The notes beneath the pieces are model-generated. The model searched no databases. It had not been told where the DNA came from and worked only from the letters and a program-made list of their open reading frames with translations. The translations under genes and the position numbers were made by a program. Shown piece by piece: positions 12,783 to 26,595 of a stretch of DNA of 64,000 nucleotides (the stretch's first letter is position 1; each line of letters begins with the position of its first letter). The DNA is from Hydrolagus affinis (Eukaryota), in the NCBI GenBank assembly GCA_012026655.1, contig JAAILG010001290.1:1-64000 (forward strand), given 5' to 3'.

Positions 12783-15293
12783 TGTTGTAGTTGATTAATT
12801 TCATCAAAGTAAACATTTAGAACCAAGACACACAACTTATCCTTCAGTTTGCCCACTGACTGAACCCTCATTTAAAGTACTACAGTATATTGTTTTTCAG
12901 TCATACTTAAAAGCCTCAAAGCTATAATTACAGGATTTTGAATTTCTGTTTATTGAGTAGAGTTGAACGCTGGAGGAGAAAGGCTGCAACTCCTTAATGT
13001 TGCATTTTTATGTGTTGAATATGGTTATTGACCATGTTTGATTCATTCTCCTCGACATTCTCGTTGATTTCTGTTGCTTTTCTGGTTCATCCCTTATTCT
13101 TGAAAAATAGTCTTGGTGGCTATTGTTGATGTTTCCCAGCATTGCAGAAACACATTCTGAAAATATCAGAAATGAGTGAAGCATTTAAATACATTTGGTG
13201 GTTTTAACAATGAATGGTAATGGATTGCTGTTTCTGATTAATTGCATAGACATTTCTTGTGTTAGGTTTGTTAGGAAGTAGAAGTAAATCATCAGTCAGT
13301 AACATTTATATTAAGTGCATGCTGACGTTAAGTCGTAATTCTAAGTAAATATGAAAAATGAGCCAATTTAGGACAATTGTCAGCTGCTATCTCTCTCTCT
13401 CTGGGTGGGTCTGTCTTTTTTGTTCCACAGTGCATCTGTCTGTAGGGGAGATGGAATGAACTTTTAAACGAAAGCAATGAGCTGAAAAGTGCCTTTTTAA
13501 AACATGAATAAACCAGCTCAAAATTGACCAAGTATTTCAACAAAATAAGGAAACAATCTGTTTTCCTCCAGGTTGTCCAGTAGATCTGAAGAAATCTATT
13601 TAAATTAGTTTTTTTTCACGGGTTGAAAGTTTTTTTAAAAAAATGTTTTTGAATAGACTGCTTATATATTTTCTGAAATATTGTGGTGTTGATGTTTTGA
13701 CAGCTAGGGGTGTGAAAACCCATCACGATGCTTCGGTGCATCCAGACCAGGCTGAGAGAATCCCATAATTTTATGGTCAGACCATAGCACTGTAAGTCAG
13801 TCAGTCCAAGAGTTAAAACTATAAATTAATCTATTTCCGGGGTTTGACCGTATTGCACTTGCAGACAATTTGGTTGCTATGTAAGGTATCTCTTTGCACG
13901 ACAGCTCAGAGAAAGAAACTGATGACAGAGTAAAATATTAACATAATAGATAGACATTTCTTTTTTTATAGATGTCTTTCCACCACATAATTATCTCTGC
14001 TTGCAGTCAAAATAGTCCATGAAATGAAAGGCATGATAGAAGAGCTATCCCACATGTACAGTACCCAGGCACCATGTTTTACTGCAGAGATTGGCAAGAT
14101 TTTTTTTTGGTAAAGATTTTCTCTGCAGTCATACATGTGAACTGCAGGGTATTTATTTCCGGAGAGTACCACCTGTGAATAGATACCGGTGTTGAAAGAA
14201 ACTGAGGATTTCTGCTAAAATTAATTGTCAGAGAGAGAGAGAAAGAAAGTCGGCAATTGCCAAGTTGCAGTGATTTTGTTGGTGATGTGTTTCGTGCCCG
14301 TCCTCACCCTACGACTGTAGAATCCAATCAGTTTTACACACTGACTGTATTTCAAAGCATTATTTACTATGACTTTCCCTAATGGTAGAACAGGTGTAAT
14401 TTAAGCCAATGGCTGTAATAAGAGTGACAAAATCTCTTTTGCCATTCACCTTGCCAAAGATGCTATTTTCACTGCTTTGCCTTCCACATCACTCTTTTTA
14501 TTGACGGCTGTCATTAGAAGCACAGCTTAAAACTCACTACGTTGGTGGTGAAGCCCATCCAATAGCACAACAGATTTTAGTTAAATCAATACTTTGCCAC
14601 TGACTGCCATAGTGTTTTCTGGTGTACAGGTGCATTCTACCTGGGAGGCATAAACTGGTTAATCCCAGGGCTTGTCAATGCCCAGGATGTGTGTGTGTAA
14701 CAAGTGATTATTTTATTAAGCAAGGTGTGATTATTGTTTTTGTTTGGAAAATAAATGGGGTGAAGATGTATGTAATTATTACTTTATAAAAGTGCATCGG
14801 TGGTCAGGCAAATATCATGCAGCTGTAGATCCAGCAAAGGCTGGGTTTGGCAAAGGCAAACATGCAGACTCCAAGTAAAATCGCTTCAGGATTATTGCAG
14901 TATTGATCCTTATTTGAGCCATCTGGCAGGACATGGCATGCAGCATTAGTTGTGTGGTTTTGATCGCCCAAACAGCTTACTTTCAACCATTGTTTTTCTG
15001 TGATTAAGATCATTGAAATATCCTTTAAAGTAGCTAAACAGAATGGCCTTCTGTTTTTCATTGACTTCTGGAGAATTTGTTTTGGACCGGTAGCAAAACC
15101 CAAAGGCATCACTAGAGTGCCAGTAAAATGAAAATAATCTGTTGTTGGATTGTGCAACCGAGGGCTGACTGTCTTTAGTTAGTAATATTAACTGCTTTTG
15201 TTAAGAAAAATGTAGCAAATCCATGAAATAAAAAAAAATCATGGAACAAACCTGATATAAATCGAATTAACATTTAACCAGAAGGAAAAATTA

Positions 15294-15323
15294 ATAGATA
15301 AGATAGATAAGATAGATAGATAG
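15294..15323. repeat. (GATA)n microsatellite, imperfect
   Basis: atagataagatagataagatagatagataga. Confidence 0.8.
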
Positions 15324-16129
15324 AAAGGTAATGCAATTGATGACTATTTCATGCTTGTTTTGAGTTCATTTATTTGTGTGGGGTTTGCACAAGAGAATCC
15401 TGAGTTTTGGTTTAGTTCAGATTCAGATTAGGTTTAATAACACTTTAATATTTACTGGTGAGAAGGACCAGATATTAACTGCACTTTTTAAAAATTATTT
15501 GTAATTTTTTGTATTCAAAGGGCCCAATTAACAGATAAATGCTCTGACCAGTTTAATTTGAGTAACGTTTCTTATACAATCCAAGTTTGTATTGGATTGT
15601 GTTGGAATGAATGTAGATTAAGCATAGATCAATAATGAAATCGAAGCCCAAGGTGGCAAAACTACCACTCCATCAAACCAAATTTTGCCAAATGTTTTAG
15701 ATTTGGATTTTGCCAGACTAATTTATTTAATATACAAAATATTCAGCCAATTCACTTTACACTGTATTCTGTGAAGAGCTTTCAGACATTCCAATAAGAA
15801 GCTATACCAAATGCAAGGATTATTAGTATTATTTGTGAAAGAAAGTGATTCATTTAGAAGTGAATTGAATTGTCTGATTTGCTTAGAATAAAATGTTTTG
15901 TATGAAATTGAACTCTGAGGAGAGTTACCCATCAGCTGGCTTCTGTCATTCCAATTGCACATGAACTTAAAGGATCAAAACCAAGAGAATTATAACTTTG
16001 TGTAGAATTCCATCAGCGAGTCTCTAGATTCTAAAATATCTTTTGTGCTATTTATGAATTGCAGGATAAAAGCTCAGCCTTCAACTTCATCCTAATTTTG
16101 AACAGGTGAAAGGTTTATCAATGGCATTT

Positions 16130-16490
16130 TGCTTGGCTAGCAATTAGACAATCTAGGGTTCTTTAGTCTTGAGAGAAGATGTCTCAGAAGGAATCTTATA
16201 AAAGTGTGTAAAATTTAAACCAGAACAATACTTGAATCAAGAAAGTTAAACAAAAGGACATCGGTTTAGAGTTTTACTGGGCAATTTTAGTACAGTTCCT
16301 TGAAAGTAGTTAAAAACTTTGAAGAGCTTACCAGGGATTGAGGCCAGGACACTGGATTCATTTAATTTTTTAAACAAAGCTTGATGTTGTGCTGGAAGAA
16401 CAGTAAGATGGATGTTCTGGGAGGACGGGGTCAGATCAGCCAAAGGTATTTCATCATCAGAACGGACCTTGTAATCTTGTGATTATTACG
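16130..16490 (+). mobile_element. Ancient CR1 LINE 3' fragment
   Basis: ttagacaatctagggttctttagtcttgagagaagatgtctcagaaggaatcttataaaagtgtgtaaaatt translates to LDNLGFFSLERRCLRRNLIKVCKI, matching CR1 L..LGLFSLE.RRLRGDLI.V.KI. Confidence 0.7.
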
Positions 16491-19400
16491 ATGTTGTTGA
16501 ATAGCAACAGTAAAAGTAAGATTTCAGGTGTTCCCTCTCTGCTGGGGAGGCTTCTGGTCTGCATGCAATTTGCCATCTGAACCTGAGAGATTCTTCCTCT
16601 CCTCATATGCAAGTATTTATTCTGAAAATATTGGTTAAACTTGCAACTGAATGACTATATTTGAATCACCGTGTTTCACAAATAAACTATTTAACAACAA
16701 GAAAAACAAACACACCCTAAAATATTATGGCAATGATGTGAAACTCTGTTTGGATTGAGTATTTCTAATTTCTGATTTTAAAATCATTAACAGCCAAAAA
16801 AAACTAAAATGATTGGCTGCATCATGGCAAAGTGGCTTGTTTAACACTGTCAGAGATGTTTTCACATGTTAAAATGTGTTTCCTTACATCTCTTCATTAG
16901 CTCCCTTTACTGAGATGTACTCTTATCTTTGCATTCATCGATTATCACAATTACTAAATTATTATGCTAACCAAATCTATTTCAGAATTGAATGCATGAA
17001 AATTCATCTATGTGTTGTGTAGATGATTTTTTCCTTTACACCAAATTAGTAGTGAGCAGAAAGTGTTCCAGATGTGGTCATCCAGTGAGCATCACTTTGT
17101 TTCCATCTGTTGATACATATTGGAGATCAGAAGGCCCTTTCTCCTTGGTGTCAAGTGTCTATTTGCGCAGTCTTGTACAATATTTTGATGTGTTTTACAA
17201 TGTAATTTTTCAAGATGACTGTAAATAATCCACAAAACCTGATTCCGAGAATAGTAAATTGACTTTGATATGTGGTTGCTTAGTGCTGTTGATTTGAAGT
17301 CCTCGGTTCCATCATAAGTCCTATTGAATCATTTACTAAAACGAATTGCTGCAATTTTAGCAATTGTTGAAAATAGCTATTTATTACAGGCAAACATTTT
17401 TCGTTTGTTCTGCAGGCCTGACGATCAGGAATGTTGAACTTAATTTCAGAACGTTCCCTTTTCTGTTCCTGGTTAGGGATGGTAATTTAATATTTATCTT
17501 TAAAGGGTTGCATTTTATTTCCTGTACTTTTGTGTCCGACTTTTAAAGAATTTAGAATTTCCTCTAAATGCCGTGTAAAGAAGTGGAGAATTAATGACTG
17601 CTGGCCAGTCGATTGGAATCTGAGTTTTTGAGCCTCTGGGTATTACTGAGGATTATGCACCGACACAGAAATACTTCTGTGTAAGACTGGGCAGTTCAAA
17701 TCAGGTGTTTTGTTCCCAAACATCATATCCACGATGCCTGGCAGGAATTTTGTACTCTTTATGGTGAGCTGCACTTTATCCACTTGCAGTAGCTACATTA
17801 AGGAATTATTGCGTTTTCATCACTGAGGAATTTGCTGTTTCTTTTTTGCAATTTCTAGAGTCAGTCAGATACTGAGACCAAAATGGCATTTCTTTTTTAA
17901 TCTCGATGTTGTTTCATACAGCAATTGCTTGATTAGATTTTGGTCTGTGTATTTATCTTCGCTTTCTTTTCTTGCTTTTCCTTTTCTGATGGTTGTGACT
18001 AATTCTGGGGTATGGATCCATGGGCACTGGCAAGCCTCTGCTAGTTAAGTGATGGTTCCTTTTCCTTATTGATCGATATCCTTTCAGTTGGAAAAAGTAT
18101 GTATAAAAGACATGCTATTAAGACTTTTACTTGAGTGCTTCTATCTTCAATTACAATTTGGGGGTTGGTAAATATGCATTTATAGTTAGACAAAGCAGCC
18201 GTAGAAGGAAAAATTGCTTTGCTCGTTTACAACGACATCTTGACTCATTTGGGTGAGATCGACTGTTTTGATGGAGTTGGAGCGCCAAATAAAGTTGCGA
18301 TCACTCATATTAGCAAATATCATAGTAGCTAACAGACCAGGATACTGGGTTAGTGGTTCAAGTTGCTCCCAGTTTGTTGCAGGGTCAATAATTCATCAAA
18401 GTGGACCAGGACCGCATGGTGAGGAATAACGTAAATCTGTGAGCAAATGGTGAGCTATGGCAGAACTTCTTCACAGAACACCTGCTGAATGTCTTGAATA
18501 CAGTGCAGTCAAGCACCACAAAAACAGAAGCTAGTAACTCACTCAAGTGGGAGATACACGCTCTTCAAATCTTGGACAGCTGCATTTCTGGTAATGCGAT
18601 ACATTTGTGTGACCCCATGCCAGCTACTGTTCATTGGTCAGGGGCATTCATCTGGAATACACGTCCGGGGAGCAGACTCCCAGTTTGAATGATGGAAATG
18701 ACATTTTACATTCCTAAACTACTTCTGTTAAACTGTACAAAATATTGCTTGGAAAAATTGGGCTCTTATTGATTGAATACAATTTAACTTGCAACCAGTT
18801 TGCACCCGTAATGCACTTAACTGAAGTGAAACTTGAGCTGCCCATTTTTTTTTACCCAGTTTTAAGTACATGGTTGAGTGTTCGATGTGCTTGGTGACTG
18901 GTTTCCATGATGGACATAAACATGGCTCAGGATGTCTTGTCAGCTTTTCCCCAGTCGCTGTTCAGTGTCTCCTCTGTTGGCATGGCTGAGATCAAGAAAT
19001 CCAGTGTGTTAACCACTGGTAATACTCGTGACTCACAATTTGTGATGTTTGTTGTCGGGAACTGTGCGTATTATTCAATTGAGAAGTTTTGTTTTTGTGC
19101 TGCGAGTAGCTATCATTGTATAACCATATATGTACTTCATGTCCTTAATGATGATTTTCAAGCCAGATGTCTGTGACAATTATTGAGAAATAATTGTTTG
19201 CATGAAATTGTAGACCTTGTGCGTAATATCCAGAACCTGTTATCAATTTGACTTTGGACAAATGCTGAGAGGAATCCGTGTTCAAGTTGACACATAATAT
19301 AACAGGCTGGTACCATCGGTTGAATGATCTCACACAACAGTAAAATTCAGCAAAAATCTTACACAACCAGCATTGTGATTTTTTTTACAACTAACCTTGG

Positions 19401-22400
19401 TTATCCTTTATTCCAAGAGGCAGCATTCCAGCTTCTTGTGCCCTGTTATTGCAAAGGAAGCCTGAACAATAGGAAGGCTCTATTTGAAGGTAATAATTTT
19501 AACTGTGGCATCAGCAGGAAATACCAGTCATCATTTTTTTCACTTTCCCTGTAATGCTGCCTTGACCCATTTACTTGGGAATCTGTGTGTTGTTCTGGCT
19601 GTTGCTCTCTATGAAGTCTGGATTATGTCATTATCCTTTCCTTGTCAAAATCACAATATTTATTTAAGTAATTCCAGCTATTTTACCACATATGTGCCCT
19701 TTCCAGTGCTTTTGTACAGCTGTTAACTTCAGCACACCGAGAATAACTGCACAGAAACTTCACAATTTCTACTTGATTGTGATGTATGTCTCAGAGTGAG
19801 ATTGGAGGTGTGATTTCCAGTGGTTACACTGGATTTATGTGCAACATTTAGCAGTGGAGTGAGAGGAGCCCATTTTATTTGGCTGAGTCCTAACAATTCT
19901 CCTTTCATTTTAACATGGGTGACTGTCAATGATAACTATGACCAGATGCAAATGAATGGGATAACGATTTTGTTTCTTTTTAATGTTTTTTTCAAGTGAG
20001 ATCATTACTTTGTGCTTATTTTTGACTCTAGACATTGAAAAGTTTATCGAATGTTGTTGTACGTTAATGGGACGCCTTCCCACTGGAAAGGTGCTATGTA
20101 AATTTAATTTATTGTTTTTTTTTCCAAGCAGAGTTTGTATGGAGACAAAATATTATCCGTGAAACTTTTTAATTTTCCTAAACCACTGTGAGACTTTAGG
20201 CACGCATGTTTAAAAAATTTGATTCAGCAAATAATTTGACAAGCTATCTCTTATCGAAGAACCATTGCAAGGCTATAAAAGCAATCCCATTTAAGATCAA
20301 AGCAATGTGAAATATAAACTGAGGCTATGTGAAAAATGCCTTTTCCCCCTCCAAGATTAAAATGCTATTTGGCTCAAACTGAATAGTCGATCGTACTTTT
20401 CCCAAATCTATTTTGTTTTATTTATGTGTTTCATGTTTCAACAAAAAAAAGCCAAAAATAGCAACTGCTTCTAATTTGAATACTTGGCTAACGAACGTCC
20501 AATGTGGGGACATTAGAGGTTTAGACCCAGCCAACGTGTTGGCACTGGAGCCAATATGTAGGTATGAGGCTTTTTCACGTATTATATTTTTGTCATGATG
20601 CCACCTCAGTTTAATGATGTTGGTGCACAGTGAACCTACTCGTCCATTGTTTGGGGAATATTTTTCAACCTTAAAATAAATATGCAGCAATATGTATTTG
20701 TTCTGTGTTTCAAAAAGAATATCAATAACAGTAGGAGCAATAGTTTTTTTTATTTTACAACAGTAATCTTTGCAGTATTTAGCAATGTTTTTCTGTGCAC
20801 CAAGGAGGTTGAAACCACGTCAATCCATGGAAGGTTGTGTGTTTTGACAGATTTTTAGGCAACAGTGTAGACCATGGAGCATTTTTGGTATGTTAGTTAA
20901 ATCAAATATACAGTGTTGTTTCCCCCACCCCTCCTAAATTGCCTAGCAAAAGTCCATGTGGCCTACCTTAAAAAAAAAGGGCTCTTTTCACATCTGAGGA
21001 GTGCCATCACATTTATGATTCTGCCTAAATCGTATGGTTTATTTCTTGGGTCAATATTCTCAGAATTCACATTTCAGCAGAATGTCAATTAACACATAAT
21101 GTTTTGCCACGTTGGTTAAGCTCCCAATTGCCGGGTTCGAATTTGACAATCCGGAATCTTGCCTGTACCAACCAGTATATGTCTCAGGAAACCGGTCTGA
21201 CATCAACCTGCGTTCTGACTTTTAGACTGTGGTCTCGGTGCTTGGCAAGAGGTTGGTGTCCGTGCATTTCCACATTTTCTATGTACAAATAAATCCTTTT
21301 ATGAATCTTGCATTTTTTTAAAAACCTGTATTTTTTAAAAAAAGATTTCTCAATACGCAGCTTTTCAAATCTGTTCATTGGAAACACTTTTTTAAATTTA
21401 CATATATATATATATTTTAATTTTTTTTAGTGAATGTTGATTTGAGCAAGTTTTTTTTAGTTGCAGAGAGTTGCGGAGGTGGTTTGGAGTTGAGAAAGGA
21501 AAGCAAATATTTTATTAAGTGTAATATTTGGCGGCAAAGTTTTTTTTGTGGTTAAAATGTGTCCAGAGATTTAGCTAAGTTCCACTTTGCTGTATTTACT
21601 TCCTCCACTTTGTCTCTAGTATTTTCTTCTCCCCCGTCTGAGATGTCAGTCTGTTTGCCTTTCATTTGTGAACTCATCCCAATTCAAGGACTCCATAACT
21701 TATTGCAGCTGTAACTCTTCTAGTCTCTTCACTTTTCCAGAGTCTTTTGTCGTTATTCCTGGGTTGTAGCTTCTCTTGGGAATCTCCTGCACTCAGCTCT
21801 CCTGTGGCTCCCTTCATTCTCCAGCCAACATATTTCTAAACTCTTAGACGTGTCTTGTTCCTTCAATACCAGAGCCTTTAAGTAAGTCCAGAATGCTGAA
21901 TTCTAACTCCAAAAGGCTTTCCAGCTGCCTTAATAGTTTTTGACTGACAGCTGTTGTGCCAAATTGGAAGCTCTGCAAGTGGGAGTGGGGGTCCCAGTGT
22001 GACTAAGTGCTGCATTATATTCTCTGACACACCATGTTATAGCAAATCCCCTGGACACATACCACTTAAGCAATGATGTTTTTATTTTTGGTTCATCAAA
22101 TGAAATGGATTCTGTTTCATGTCTACCTCGGTATTGGGAAAAAAAAGTGTTTGTGCTTGATGAGTTTGAACCCATTTCATGGAGTGGATAAACATACCTC
22201 ATTCAAATAATTGATTATGTATCAGAAATAATGCCTTTTTTATGAGGTGCCTTTAGGTAGAGGTCTCAATAAATATGGATCAATATCAGAGGTGATGATT
22301 TCTCTTGTACAATTAATTAAATTTTTTTGTATTGCTGAACTGGTCACTATGATTTTATTATTCTTTGAGAACTGAAGTCTCCGCAGCTGTAGAGCTTCAA

Positions 22401-24551
22401 TATCTGGAGTTCAGCCTATGGTCAGCTATAGTCTTTAGTTTTCAGGAAGCAACAGTTTGTGAAATGTTAAATAGAAGACAACCACACTGTTCCTAGGTCA
22501 GTATTTGTCATTTTAATGAAGTGCATGTGTGATTAAGGATGTTGTGGCTCCTTATCAAGCCATGTTGCTCCACAACATAATTGTAGCACTTATATAATTC
22601 ATAATCTGATGAAATACAAAATATATTTGCAACAGAATCTCACGTAAAGGATTATATGGGGAGAAAATAGCAGACTACTATTGCTCGTACACCTCAAAGT
22701 GAAACGGAGAAAGACTCCCAATTTATGCAGATAACTCAAATTTTATTTAATATGTTATTAATAATAATTATGCACTGCATTTGTCTCCAAATTCATTTGA
22801 ACGCAAAATTACTGTGGCATGTGCAGATGAACGCTCTCACCCCAACCCACCTCCGTAAAATATAATGCTGGGCTGTTTTTTTCAGTTATTTTTCAGGCTA
22901 TTTGAACACATTTCCTAGTTCATTGCTAGTTTTTTCTACTGAGTTAATTTCACTGCTTTTTGGGGGAGTGAATATTCCTTCTCTTCAGTTTCTCGGTCAC
23001 TGCTTTTCTTGCTTCACGAAAACTACTTGTGCTTTTGTTGGTGGCTGCTATAAGTTCAACTTCCCATTTATAATTTTGTAGCCTGTCCTTTCCCATTTCT
23101 TTCCAGTGACCTCCAGCGGTTGTGGTGCTCAGGTCTTCCAATAGACTTCAGTCTGCCAGTGGAACCCAGGGAGCCAGTAAGTCTCTTTATATGGGCAAGG
23201 GGCCTAGAAACTTTACATGTTGACATCCATGGCTGCCTTTTTCTCTCTTTCCCCTCATTCCTTGTAGAGTCATATTTTCAATCTCCTAAGATTTTTGTGC
23301 CAACAAATAATGATGGGTAACAAGTGGTGAACAATTGTCAATCCATACTGCTCTCAGGAAAGGTCTGCTGTCATTGCAGGCAAATGGTGATTTATGTTGT
23401 CAGTTTCCGGTACACTATCCTTCGTGAAGGGCACTGTATCAATGCAAGTTGTTGTTGTCTGTTGACAAATTAAGTCTGTAGTTCTGAAGGTTACAAAGCC
23501 ATTTGGTCATAGCCTGATAAAGAAATATAACATTTACTTTGTATAAATAAAAGCCTCATTGGTATCTCTTGCCTAATTCACTGATGCTGAAATTTTGTCA
23601 GGTTTCACCTGCAGCTGAATAAATTGATCTGATATTTATGACTGTGACCCAGTTGTAAGTGGAGACTTTATGAGGCAAATGTTGCAAAGATTACATGGAC
23701 AAGAAATGATCATGAGATGAGGGTGGCCTGGCAGTCCAGACATCTCTTCTGACCTCTTTCTCACATGTTCAGATGTTAGATTCCAAAGCAACAACACAAA
23801 TTCTGAACACTGTTTGCATCCTGACCAATTTTCTTGCTAGACATTTTGCAATATTACTGTATATTTTACCACCAAATATTAGGTTACAGTTGAACAAGGG
23901 CTAAACATCGTACCAATGAATTCAGTGGCAAGTCGCTGGCTTGAACAGCAAGTGCCAGATCTGCCAAATCTGCTTCTTATCGGGTGGTGTATAGTCAACT
24001 GTTAGCTATTTATTCTGGGTGCAGTACAATTCCCGATGGTCTTGTATGCATTCATTTATCAAGCAAACATGGCAGTTTAATGTCTTTATTGATGACAGTC
24101 TGGGAATTGTTATTGAATGTATTTGCAGCTCCGCTACGCATGCAAAATGCTTGCCCTTGTTTAATTGTAACATAATATTTCACTGTAAAATACACAATAA
24201 CACTCTTCCAAGGGATGATATCCAGATATTTGGTGCAAGTGCTCACAATTGTTTAATTCCAAAAGATTACTGAGGTTGGAAATATCAAAAATGTATCAGT
24301 GGAGATAATGAATGGCAGATTTGCTGAAGCAATTTTGGTTTGCTTCGAATTATCTTGATTGGAACCATAAAGAAAAATCTGTAGAACTGTCTTTGTTTGC
24401 TTCTCAATTTGCTTTCCCCTTTAATTGCCTTTCAATTAAACCTACCACAGAATTTCTCTTATTTGGCCTGATTGGATAGATTTTTGTTTAATGTAAGGTA
24501 GCAATGAAGTCAGTGATTGTTACCACTGGTGCAAGTCTAATGCATTAGAGG

Positions 24552-24870
24552 ATAATAATAATAATCCTTGCATTTGATATAACACTATTCATATCTACTA
24601 AAAGTCTCAAAGTGTTTCACAGAATATACTGTAAAGTGAATTGTCTATTTTATAAGTGATACGTGGCAGTCGGTTGTATGCAGAAGTGTCCCACGAAGTG
24701 TCATGGATTGAGTGATCAAATTATTATTGGGGGTTTTTCTTGTGGGATTATTATTGGGCATGTGTAGTAAGGAATCTTGTCCAATGGTACAAGTTCCCTG
24801 CCAGGAATTGAACCAAGGTCTCTCACTTGCAAGGCGAGTGTACTAACCACTGAGCTACAGGACTCCACAA
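24552..24870 (-). mobile_element. tRNA-derived SINE, family A, full length with intact Pol III boxes
   Basis: Reverse complement head ggagtcctgTAGCTCAGTGGttagtacactcgccttgcaagtgagagaccttGGTTCAATTCCtggcaggg (A and B boxes). (att)n tail. Confidence 0.9.
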
Positions 24871-26553
24871 ATATTAGTATTATTGCTGAGTTGGAAGGAG
24901 AGAAAGCTTGGCTGTATCAGAACACCAGTCTTTTGGGGTTTGAGAACCTGACACACTCCATCATAGAATTAAAACAAGAAATAGAAATGAGACTGCTCTG
25001 TTGGATAACAGTGGTATCCTGAGAGTGAAAAAGACTTCAAAACTGCACGGTGAAGCACCCTGTGGTGCAATGTGTGTCGATTCATAAAATAACTTCTAGA
25101 TTCAGATCCCATAGGTATTGAGCTGCACCTCACACCATCTGATCAGAACTTTTCACAAGGCTGATGGCGACTAACCTGTGTGTCAGGAACTTTGATTGAT
25201 CACAATCCAATGTCTCAGAGATGAGTTACAGTGGCACATATGGATTTCATGCAGGCTTCTGTGTTTTGTACTCTTCATTGTATCTGAAATTTCTGCTGAA
25301 GCAAAACATTTGACGGGGTGATTTAGAAATCAGCATCAGAATGATAATGTATCTGATCATTTATTGGTTCGTTAAGAAAGAAAACTTGAAATGTTACTCA
25401 TTTCAAAAGACTCAGCACTCCCGAGTGTCGTGTATTTTTTATTTAAAAAAAGTAGATGGAGGTTTAACGAGTGTTCGAAAAATCAATGTTGTTGCTTTTT
25501 TATAATGCATTCCATCAGTTTATGCTTGTGGCATTTGATAGGTTAATGCATTTTGCAATAGTTGCTGATTGCCTTAATCAGATCTCTTACATGAGTAGTC
25601 TGGTGTCATGGTACCATTAAGCAGCTTTCTGAAGTGGGGGCTAATTCTGTCTTGCCTAACTAATTATTGTCAATATTTAAAAGCATTGTAATCCTACTTT
25701 GTTTAAACTACATTGTGAAAATGGATTACAAAATGTTGAAATCTGTCTGATATTCTTCCTCTGCACTGAGTGTGACTGAGAAGGGATGTTGTGCTTAAGT
25801 TTCGGCTGCTGTTTTTATATAGGTTTGGTGATGACACAGTTATATGAGCCACTTGTCTGTTCCAGAACATTTTAATTGCTCTACACTGTTTTTGAAATTG
25901 ATTTTGATTACAGGCTGTTTCACATTAAAGGCAGGTGAAGAGTACATCAACATTCATTAAAATCTGCTTGAGGTGGTTGCTTTGGAGCATCTTGCAAGGA
26001 GGTGAATTCATGTGAATGCTGAAAAAAAAAAGCATTATATTGGGAGCAACAAATGTTAGCCCTTCAGGTGAAAGAATTCCTCACGCAGATGTTTTGTCAT
26101 GTCTACTGTTGACTCATAAGGAGGAATTTAAAACTAAAAATAATTTTTCTTGTCTTAGGCTGTTGAGCAGTAGGTCTGTCATCCTTGCCACACCTATTGT
26201 TGGCAAAGAGGTTTGAGTTTTACCATTTTAAAATAAAACAGAGAGCCTGCATCACTTCAGACCCAGCTCAAATGATCACCGTTACCTATTCTAACTACTG
26301 AAGTTCTTTAACGCTTAGTTTATTGTAGGGGGATTAAAAAATGCTGATTGGCACAAGTGAGTGATTCCTATTGACAGTGGCGATGTGCAGTGAAACTGAT
26401 TCTCGTCAACTGATGCCCCAAACTTAAATTTGAGTACGAAATTTTGTGTTGTTTCTGCTGATCATAAATTCTAATTATTCAAAGTTGGTTCAGACACCAG
26501 CTATAATGATCACCATTATCTGTTCTCGCTAATATTGGTCTACTGGCTGATTT

Positions 26554-26595
26554 AATATATATATATCTATATATAGATATATATAGATATATATA
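26554..26595. repeat. AT/ATATAG simple repeat
   Basis: atatatatatatctatatatagatatatatagatatatata. Confidence 0.85.

Noticed and set aside
24795-24866. tRNA gene (Ala/Val-like) at SINE heads, also 48975-49049 and 56177-56240
   Set aside because: Each continues directly into a SINE body and tail, has imperfect stems and lacks an oligo-T terminator.
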